The notes under the pieces: generated by a model
Told to the model about the DNA's origin: nothing
The model's input: the letters and a program-made list of their open reading frames with translations, nothing else
The model's database searches: none
In this document: positions 1-10,259 of the stretch, in pieces
Position numbering within the stretch: the first letter of the stretch is position 1
How the letters are laid out: every line of letters begins with the position of its first letter
Position numbers and translations under genes: made by a program
Origin: Podospora anserina
Taxonomy: Eukaryota
NCBI GenBank assembly: GCA_017654855.1
Contig: CM030332.1
Span: 6,200,001 to 6,264,000 of the forward strand
Reading direction: 5' to 3'
Length of the DNA: 64,000 bases

Positions 1-3000
1 CCACACCTACCACTATGTACTGGACTGTGTGTACCTTTCTCGATCTTCAGTCTCCCGGCAGGAGACGATAGGACAAGGCTGTGACGGATGTGACAGCCTA
101 CACAAGCGACACAGAACGAGCTGAAGCTGGGCTGCAGGTGTTGTGTATAGTGAGACGATAGTCAATATTCGCAATCAGCCGTGGGACGAGGCAATATGGC
201 AACTTGTCAGTAGCCGGGCACGCAGGGAGGAGATGCCGGCTGCCGTGGACGAGGAACTTCCAGCTTGGGAACAGGTCCCGGTTGGCTTGTAGGCTGTCTC
301 ACGCATAGCTAGCCTCTGTTGTTGCAGAGTTGCCCGGTTCTCCTTTGCCTTTGGGACTACGAGGTATACTATACCTTCAAATCTCTCTAGGTGCAGTAGA
401 TGGCGCATTCTCCCCCTTTGGACACGGCCTGATGTGATTTCGTCGTGGAAATGTCTCGCCGGCAGGGCACCGACGAGGGTTTCGGAGTGGTTTGCCTGCC
501 CTATGTGTGGACCCGACCGGGGGTCAACCCACCAGCGCCAATGAGAGTGGAGATCCGGCTTTGCGGGCTGTTATTCTGGACAGTCGGCGATTGGTCAGGC
601 TATCATCAGGTGGTCATAGCTTTCAAGGTGAAGAGATGACGTCCGTCGTCGACAGCAACGTCTCGTGGTCGATGGACCCTAAGATTGATTGTTTCTTTGC
701 ATCACGAGCGCTTGTGATTACATGAGAATTATTCTAGGCTGCTTGTTTTTTTTTTGCCGCATCTATTTGAATATCACCATGACGCACCTAGGGTCCAGCG
801 ATCCTCCGATCGTACGGAGTACACGACACACAAATGCTTCTTAGCATCTTCACCATCCACACCGTTGACCTCACCTTGGAGTCCAAAATCTCGCAAACGG
901 GAATGCTAAACACCTCGTGTGGACAGGATGCCATGAATACACACAGCTGGACTTACGGTAACCACCTCCATTGCCCGCCGATGCTATGAATCCCACAGCC
1001 AAGCACACCACTTGCGTTGCAAAAGTGCACGAGTGGCAAACTTTTATACAGCCTCTGGTGACGAGTTATGCAGTAGTACCCAGCTCTGTTTCACAGCAGT
1101 CCATTAGCACCAGTTGTTTCTGCACAGCACACAACTCAAGATGCAGAAATTCCGGATTTTCTGCTCCTTCTTTTTATTTTTTGCTAACATTATCGAGCAG
1201 ATCGTGCCGACCCGACAGCCGACAACCGATAATCGTCAGCGATCGATTAGTCAATCGCTGGCCTCTCTCTCACACCCTCTACTCAGGTACCAAGTGTTGG
1301 ACTTTGTTCCCGAACGAGACATGGCACGCATGGTCGTCTTCAAGCACCATCAAGCATCAGAGTCAAGGTAACATCTGAAGATGTTGCTCTCCCCCACCAC
1401 AACAGCCAGTAATTCCACACCAAAGTTGGCTGGGGGGGCATTGGGCATCTACGACACACGCATGCGGTCCCATTTCCATTTCAACCCAACCCAATTAGTT
1501 AATCTTGATGAGTCCCGTGATGCTCTCAACTGGCTCCTCCGTTCCATCCCGTCCCGTCCCTCAGGGGCCTCTAACGATGCTCTCAAGCAGGAAAGTATCG
1601 CTTGCTCTGGTCCGATTGGCATAATGGTACGCGATTGCAGCGCGGGAGGGAGCGCTCTCTCCACTCACACGTGGAAGGGTGATGGTGCTCTTGACTAATG
1701 TCAGTGATTCTCCCAACGTTCCAGCAATTCAGAGCTCTCAGACCGCGGGAAGCGGGGAGATGGGACGACGGGAGTGAGGAGGGGTGGAGGAGGCCCAAGT
1801 TGGTGGTGAACGCGGAGGGAGCATTCACTCCCCTTGCCCATACCCCTTTCTTTCCACACACCCGTCCGCTGTTGCATACATTGAAGCGCGGTATACCCGC
1901 CTGGGCAACGGCATGTCGTTCTTGGCAAGTCGTCTGGCAGTTGAGTGGGGGGGTTGCCCGGCACGGGATGTTTATATCAAGAGTCTCTTGCTGAGTCTGT
2001 GTGGGCCCTACCTTATGTACAAATCGTATGTAATTCTAGTTCTGGGTGTGGTTACCAGGAAAATGCCAAAGCCTCATCTAGATAAGCTGTTGTCACTGTT
2101 TTGGTTTGATGGCTAGTGTCACACACCCAGCTTCGAACAACAAGTGCAAACCTGGATCTAGGATTATCATCTGAGTACTATTGTTCGGCCATGCAAGGCA
2201 AGATGCAATAGATATCTTGTCATTAATGATACGAACTTGGAAAGGTTTAATAACTCAGATCTGTCAGCCTAGTGGTAGATGGCAATGGCAATATGACAGC
2301 CGCACTCTTCACCGTATTCTCATCTGGTGGTACAGCGTCCCGATCTGATATTCAGGCACCGTTCCCCCTACTCCCTTGCCTCGTCTGCATCATGCCCGAG
2401 TGGCGAACTTCAGACTGACCCAAGGTCAGAAAGCAAAAAGTCAACATGCCTAATGCGTGGAAGAGCATATGCAGTCATCCTGTCCCAGCCACAGAGAGAT
2501 GGAATACAGCATGCAGAGGCAGTGTTTGGCAAAGTTACAGAACCACACAGCATCCGCACACATATTTACAACCAACTGGGCAAGATTCAGGCAAGAGCAT
2601 ACTCACCGCCGGCACATGGAGTTGTAAAAACTCCTCACGACCGGTCAAGCCTGGTGCTTGGCCGAGGTTTCATCTCTTGGATTTTGGCTGTCTGATATTG
2701 GACAGACTTCTGGTAACGCATGCCAACGCAACCGCGGGGAGGGGGTAGCCGTCAGTATTCTTGGAAGCCGTTCACCTGGAAGTTGATCAGGAGATGTGCC
2801 CAACTGAGGTTATCCTATCCCCTCACTTTCCGAACACGACATCGATCTTGACGATACGGGGGCTTGCTCTACCTCATGCCTCCCTACTGAGAGTACCAAG
2901 ACAGGAGCCGATGGCAGATCTCGGTCCGCGGCAAGCGATGACCGAAGAAGGACTGCATACTTGTACCCAAATAGGCCAACAACCGAAGGACGATCTAGTG

Positions 3001-5665
3001 CCAAGCTCAGGAGGGCAACCCACGGCCAACTTGTCTCTAGAAGGCAGGTAGCCACCGCCATCGCAAAGTCATGCCAGTTTAATCACAGAAAGGGGAAATA
3101 GTTACCGTAGGTCGTCGAGTAACTGGTTTCACAACTTAACAGACAGGCATTGTGTCAACTCATGTCCGAGATCAGATCCGATATACCTCGGATGGCCCGT
3201 TGAACCATCGGCACTCCATCATAACAACAAACCCTCTTGGAGGACCCCGCATGTATAGAGGAGGTAGGCTTTGGCAGTGTGGTATCCCACCAGCCCAACA
3301 AACACGGCGCGTCATCAAAGAATGCGTCTGACAGCCGAGCATCATCATCATACCAGGACCACCAAACCAACGCGATCGACAACAACAGAGTATCGTACCG
3401 ATCACTGCCGGAATATAGGTAGTCTAAGCACCAAATCGCTGTTACAGGCAAGTATACCACACAAGCAAAACTCACCGCCAAAAAAAATGACCCCCAACAC
3501 CCGTCTATCTCCGATCAGACCATGACAGTCAGAGCCCAAACAGCCCAGGCAGCGCCATCTCCCTCCTCGCCTCCATCTTCCAGAATCACACACGGCTGTG
3601 TCCGGGTAGTAGATACACAACCTCCCGGATCAAACCGTCTTGATCTCCAGCTCAAACCACGGCGTCACACAACCGCGGCCGTATATGCCTCAACCACCTG
3701 AGTAAGGTAGGTAAGTAGGTATACCTGACCCTGCTTTAAACCTCACCTCACATAAGGTACACACCAAAACATGGCAAACTCGAACAACACCCCCTTTTCC
3801 CCCTTCAGAACTTGCCCAATCTAGTGCTGTGTTTGTGCTCCTGTTTAGCGCACGCATAGCCCCTCGGACGGTGTGACGAAAACACTGTCACCGAACACCT
3901 TTCCTCGGTTAGCTTGGTATACCTGCGCAAGAGTTTGTTTACGTTGCCTTGCCACAACTCAACGGCCGGATGGCCCTCGGCCGAGAGGGTGCTACTTGAG
4001 TGTGAGATAAGTCGGTCTATCTTTATGAACGGGATATGTGTGTATTAATTGTTGATTTGGTTTTGCTGCGGTTCTTCCGGCATAAAGGTGTTTTGTTAAA
4101 TCGAATGGGGGGCAAAAAAATAACAGCCCAGTAAGTTGAAGTTGCTCGATGAGGTTGCTCCCTGTGTACCTCCTACTCTTAAAATTCTGAGATCAGATGG
4201 AAGACACCATAGAAGACAGACCTCAGTCGCTCCAGGATTTCAAGTTGTTCACAACACCAACAGCAACTCGGGCAAGAGCACAGAGCAAATACTTCTGTCT
4301 ACCAAGAGGCATTTCTGCGACTTTTACTAAAGAGTCCCATCTCATTCCAGTCACAACCACCACGAGCCATCCAAGCTCACTGGTCCACTTACAACTGATC
4401 AACGCGAGGCAAAACTATTATTCGAAGCCAAACCTCATCAACCGTGATTCAAAGTTTCCTGTGGTCATGAATCGGCTTTGCAAAATAAGTATCAGAAACA
4501 TTCCATCATTCGGCGCATCGCTGGATGAGGATTTTTCTCGCTAGCAAACCAACCTCAGATATACCTCCAGAAAAACACGCCGAAACCAGCCGTATTTACC
4601 TGCCCCAAATGAAATGAACATAAAAAGCTTTGCTCGAGTTAGTTTTTGATAATAAAGAATAAAAAATAAAAACCCCAAAAAAACCAACTGGTCCGATCCA
4701 AAGCAAGCAATGTGTGTGTGAACTTGTCATGTCGACAAGTCATGTGACATCCAATCCGTGGAAAATACTCAGTACATACCACAGCCCGGATTGATGTTTT
4801 GACACAACATACCAAAGAGAACAGAAAAGATAAATGTGAAATTCTTGCAATTTTCAGCAGCATTATCATCAACCCTGCAAGATATCAAAAAGTTCATGAT
4901 GATGATGAACATGAGTGGGCCGAGCGATGAGCTCAAGATCACAGAGTCGGACACTGCCATGCCAGTCAGGTTGAACGCGCAATAATGACTAAAAAAAGGG
5001 GTCAAGGAATGTGTAAATTATTGATTCGAGAATGGACACTGTTATAAGACCATTGATCCGCCCTGGGCGGGCGACATGACTCGTCAAACCTCAACAAATC
5101 GAGAGTCGGTCACGATCACAACAACAGCCAACAATCGCAACAAAACACCATGGGTTACAGGATCACGACAGCAGAATTGGAGAAGGCAGATCACACTGGG
5201 TGATAATGACTTGGTCACGATAATAACGCGACAATGCTGTCATTCTTAGCACGGCATCAACCCAAGTCAACACATTACCAAAAGCAATAAACACCAAAGC
5301 AAGTAAGATCAACCCGAGGCAAGTCAATCCCATTCACATCACAATCACAAGCAGCATCGGTCAAGAAAAAGAGTCTCTCCATCATCATCATCCATTACAG
5401 ATTCATATACACGGCTAGTACTAGAAAGAACATTGAGACATGTTTTTTCCCTCCCGAAGCCAGCACTATCATAATAATCCGAATCCCTTTGCCCATCCAC
5501 ATATATCCTAGCAAATATTCCTACCAAAAAAAATAGATTACCCAATGAAGCCTCTCGGCAAACAAGACATTAACCAAGAAACGACATTAGATAAACCATT
5601 TTTTATCGCGACAATCTAAGCCAAAAGTAATTCCAAAACAGGTTTTCAGAGGTGGTGAAACCCCC

Positions 5666-6423
5666 TTAAAGGCGGGAGCCATGGACGACCTTCATGTCAA
5701 CAGCCATCTCGCGGCCGTGGTCAGTGACGACGAGGACGCGGACGGAGCCACGGCCAGACTCGAAAGCCTTCTGGAGGCGGTTCCAGAGCGAAGACTGGTC
5801 AATGACGGGGAGGTTCTGCTTGACATCACCGGTCTCGGTCATGGCGACGATGGCGCCATCCTGCATGTCAAGGACGCGGTACTGCTTGAAGACGGGGCCG
5901 AGCATGGTCTGGACAACGACGCTGGGGGCGGGGTTGGAGACGAAGCTGGACTCCTCATGGAGCTGCTTGGTGAAGAGGTCAACACCGAGGTAGCGGTGCT
6001 GGCCGGTGGCAGCAGAGGTGCTGATGCGGATGACCTGGCAGGGGCGGCCCTGGAGGATCAGGATGTCACCGAGGCGGATGTGGTGGCAGGGGATGGTGAC
6101 GGTGTTGGGAGCCTTCTCAACGGCAGGGGCGGCAGCGGGGCCGCGGCGGACGGAAGAGACCTCAGCCTCGACGTGGCCTTCATGATGGTGGTGGAGCTTG
6201 TCAGCCAACTTGTGCAACTTGTTGTGGAGCTTGTTGTGAACCTCCTGGCGGAAGGAGTGGTAGCGGTCTGTGTGTTGGTGGGGCCACAGTGAGTACTCGC
6301 TCACATGTCGACACTCTCGTGTGCATGGGGAGAGATGGCATCAAGGGGCACCACCAAGACAAGACGCTAGAACAAGGGTGAAAGGGGCGGGAGATACTCA
6401 CTGTCCTCATCGTAGTAACCCAT
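5666..6423 (-). CDS. hex-1: HEX-1 Woronin body major protein (eIF5A-like fold, C-terminal PTS1 SRL), AUG-initiated form; exons 6423-6402 and 6267-5666 (207 aa), or 6177-5666 with the alternative acceptor (177 aa)
   Basis: AACAACATGG then MGYYDED, GTGAGT donor at 6401, CAG acceptor at 6270-6268; core TVTIPCHHIRLGDILILQGRPCQVIRISTSAATGQHRYLGVDLFTKQLHEESSF...DMKVVHGSRL is the recognisable HEX-1 sequence. Confidence 0.97.
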
Positions 6424-7520
6424 GTTGTTGGTGGTGGTGGTGGAAACGGTGGAAGGCGTGTAGGGCTTGTCGTCCAAGAGCTTTACCTCCTTCTTAGGGG
6501 CGGTAATGCGAGGGGGGCGGGGGAAGTCGACGGTGGTGTCGGTGACTTGGAAATGAGATTCCTTCTTGGCGGGACGGGTGATAGCAGCCTCGACAGTGAA
6601 CTTGTCACCGATGGAAGTGCTGGACTTGAAGACCGGGCGACGGGTGGGAAGGTCGACGGTGGTGTCGTAGCTGGGGGAGGCTACAACGGTGGGTTCCTTG
6701 CGGTAGTTGGCTTGGGTGCGGGCGCGGAATTCACTCTCAGCAAGGTCGACGACGGAGCTGTGAGGACGGTGGCGGTGGTCGAGTTCGATGCGAGACTCGA
6801 GGTAGTTGGAGGCGGGAGGGGGTGGTTGAGGTCTGAAGAAGGCAAAGGAAAGATGTGGTCAGCAAAAGGAAAGAGCAGAGAATGTGTCTTCCTTGAGCCA
6901 GATATTGTTGTGGGAGAAGGCCTCGCGTCGCTTGGTCAACCCCCGACCCCCTGGCCCCGAAGACCTTGGCGGTGCCCTAGGGTCGATAGCTCGGCCAGGG
7001 GGGGTGGGCTGAAGAGCGGAGCAAAACAAGACAAACGAGGAAAATGGCTGCTCTGAGGCTCCAGCGGGGAATCCACACCCAAGAGATCCGAGCCGGGACA
7101 GGAGGCTGGGGATCAGCCATTGGGGCGGGCCAGGCCAAAGGGGCGGTAAAGAAAAACAAATTGACGGTGACGGTGATGCCGGCGACAGAAAGAGAAGTCA
7201 AAAACATACCTGCGGATCTCCTCGTGGAAATGGTACTCTTCCTTCTTGATGACGGGGACGGGGACGGGACGGCGGTGCTCTTCCTCCTTGCGGGTGATGC
7301 GGACCTCCTCTTTGAAGCGGTTCTCCTCGATGACCTTGGGGGGCGGGGGGGCAGGGAGAGCGGCTTGGGCGGTGAAAGAAGAGTCTTGACCTATCCGTCC
7401 AGCTGGGGGAACTTGGATCTTGATCTCCTCGTGGGTTTTGGTCTGGGTAGCGGTCTCGGACTCCCTGTAGGCAGACGGGAAGACGCTGAAAGGGACCGGG
7501 ACGCGGGCTTCAAAGTCCAG
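5666..7520 (-). CDS. hex-1: Putative long HEX-1 isoform (~447 aa) with a 240-aa N-terminal extension; exons 7520-7210, 6832-6402, 6267-5666; candidate CUG start
   Basis: Hand translation is stop-free and in frame with MGYYDED across a canonical 377-nt intron (GTATGT at 7209, GCTGAC at 6863-6858, CAG at 6835-6833): LDFEARVPVPFSVFPSAYRE...HEEIR/RPQPPPPASNY...TTTTNN-MGYY; no Met in the extension. Confidence 0.7.
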
Positions 7521-9888
7521 GTTGCCGGTTTACTGGGCGCAAGAAACAATCTTCTTGACGTACGACAAGAAGATATCTCTTGCTAACTTCCTAGAAAAGA
7601 AGTCGAAAGAAAGGAGATGAGAAGGCGGTCTGTGAATCGACCCGTCTTCTGTGCTCTGGTTTCTGTTCGAGTCCTTTGAAAGGGAGGGCGGGGAATGGAT
7701 GGAGATGGTGGTGATGGCTTGAGCTGACTCTGAGTGGAGGATGAGGAAGGAAAGAAGATCAAGACCAGGAGGGCACAGCTGCTCGAGCGAGCGCGGTTCA
7801 AATACGCATGGGGCGGAGCGCTTCCGGGCTCTGAACGTCGACCTTGGCCGGTTGGCAGGGGACCGTCGACGACGAGAAGGATGTGTGACCACAGGGGGTG
7901 GTTCCAACCAGCTCTGGAAGCCCTCTGTTTACCTTTTGTGGAGAAGAGGCCTGCGAGTTGTTTATCCTGCACCAATGGGGGATAGCGGACCCTCTTTTCG
8001 GAGGAGCCATGGCCCCACGAGCATGTCTCTGATTGCTCGGCCGTGACCGGGAGCTGGGACGCGTCCAGCCATTTCGAGCTAGGAGCTGTCTCGTTGGGAG
8101 CTGAAAGCACAGAGCTCGATCGCGGTTGACCCCTGGAGATGAGACGTCAGAAAGAAAAAAGGCGCGCTTCTCCAGCCTCTCCAAATCCGGGGGTAGCAGA
8201 GAGCGCTTGCTGGGTGATGGGCGAGGGTTGCCCGGGCCTCCTGTAGGGCAGAACATGGACCTGGAGCGTCAATGGCTCGAACTGGTCTCTCAATTGATGA
8301 GAAGACACAAACAGAAGTCGTATCAAAGCTGTCTCTGATTGAAATTGGTCCACCCCCGTCCTCCTGCAGCTTCGTGCATCTCAGGGCGCCACCGACCACA
8401 CCCACAGGCTGACGGGAGACGGACTAGCCAGCCAGGACCGGGCGCCCACGCCGTACACACGCTTGTGCCGGCATCGTTGATAGGTGGTTGGGGACGCGGT
8501 GGGGGCTCTGGGGCCGTGGTGTGCGCAATTGGGGAGGTCGGGAGCAGCTCCCTTTTACTTTCCTCGGCTGCAAGCCAAGGAGAAGAGCAGATCACCAGCA
8601 GCTTCGTCTGACAATTGGCTGTTGCATTTATCAAGGGGGTGTCCCGTCCCAGCCTCTTTTTCCCGTCTGAGAGCTCGTGGGAGAAGGCCATTGGGTCGAT
8701 AGGGGAGTTCCAGCCATCCACGACTTGATGCACAATTTTATTCGTCTCGTTTGATGTCTCCCGGTCCTCGTATCGATGTCGCACAGGCCGGCCGGCTATC
8801 AGTTGTCAGGTTGTCATCGAAACAGATGGCATCTGCCAGACCGCCGCCGTCCCCGAGGTGTCTCCAGCGCCGTCCCCACAAAGTCGATTGCTTTTGCAGC
8901 CGGGAGCTGACACGACACGAGGCCTGAAAGTCAAAAAGCTGGACTTCCTCCCCATGCGCTACCGAGGCCATCTCCAAAATCTCCACTGGGAACAGCACAC
9001 CATTTCCAGTTGTCCCGGCAACTGACCTCCTTTTGCGTCTTCTGCTCCGCCCCTTTGCGGGATCAGCCGCCGAGCAGTCCGATCCTACCCATTAACTGCC
9101 GTCACATGCGCGATGCGAGAAGACGGAGCCGACGCAGGGGAAACAGCCGCCGTCGGGGTTTCATGAACTTTGGGACCTTGTTTACTTGCGACGTCGTCGA
9201 CATCGTCGTTTGCTCTACCTATGTTGTTCAGGCATCCGGCCGTCTGTCGACTTGAACCTGTTGAGAGTTGTCTGATCAGTTCAACAACCCGTTAACCCGA
9301 CCCGAAAACCAACCCGAGCAGGAACCAGGGAATCGCTGTCCTGGGTCCTGTCAATGCGTCCGCCGACCGATGACCCGGATCCGAATTCACAATCAGTCCC
9401 CCGGGGCACCTGTGCCGGAAGAGACGAGGAAATAAACTTTGGATCTGGAGTCCGGGCTGACTTCAACCTGCTATGGTAAGTTTGTGATATGGGCGTTCCG
9501 GACCATCGATCGATTTCGATTCAAAATTGGGAAATTGGACAAACTAAGCATATGCACGATGGCGTTTCTGGCTTGATCATGGCGGATTGGTGGCTCTCCA
9601 TGCTGCAACCGCAAGCTGGAGATCTCGAGCCCAAAGAGCTGGAGATTCAACTAAACAACCTCATTCCCGTTGAGTGTCAGGATTTAACTTTTGACGGCTG
9701 CACACCCCCGGTTGGTGGCTTAATCATGACCGAGGGGGCTGCCATGGGTCTCAACAGACCGCTGTCCGCAGCATAGCGTAAAGGTACGAATTGTAGCACC
9801 ATCGTAACAACTTTTCCACTACTTCAATTGATCATTTTTGGTCTCGTGTGTTGTCTTGTCTGAATATTCCTGTATACGTTCAGCACCA

Positions 9889-10068
9889 ATGGAGGAGGAA
9901 CTTCAACCACACTGGCAACAGTCAGGTGCTGCCTTTATCGTCGGAGGGCTGCTTGCTGTCTTCGTGTTTGCCGTCATCTACAAGGTGTGCCTGTGTCAAT
10001 ACTGGTTAGAAAGAAACCCCCATCCTCGTTACCTGCGTTCTCGAAACCAGCAAGGCTGCTGCTGTTGA
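9889..10068 (+). CDS. Possible small single-TM protein (59 aa unspliced) just upstream of rqc2
   Basis: MEEELQPHWQQSG followed by hydrophobic AAFIVGGLLAVFVFAVIY then K; no other support. Confidence 0.2.
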   Translation: MEEELQPHWQQSGAAFIVGGLLAVFVFAVIYKVCLCQYWLERNPHPRYLRSRNQQGCCC

Positions 10069-10259
10069 AAAGAAGAGGATCCGAGAAGAGCTTTGCCGTC
10101 GCAGTCATAGGCCGAAGAGACAGAAGCTTGGCAGACGTCGAAGGTGCCAGGTGCACTTTTACCCCACCTTGATTACCCCTCCACAGCTTGCACCAAACTT
10201 CCAACTCGGCCCCGGATATCGCTGTCGCAAGCTGAGAAACCGCAGAGAACATAGTCAAA

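Noticed and set aside
950-2000. Short ORFs with a GCTAAC..CAG acceptor at 1200, suggesting a gene relic
   Set aside because: Could not build a coherent spliced ORF or recognise any domain
5681-7586. Long plus-strand ORFs 5681-6292, 6547-7056 and 7044-7586
   Set aside because: Antisense shadows of the codon-biased hex-1 exons; no recognisable product
7530-7907. 125-aa minus ORF ending at the TAA just before the hex-1 extension (possible readthrough or edited stop)
   Set aside because: No AUG start, low-complexity leader-like sequence, and TAA would need double editing; a CUG start downstream is simpler
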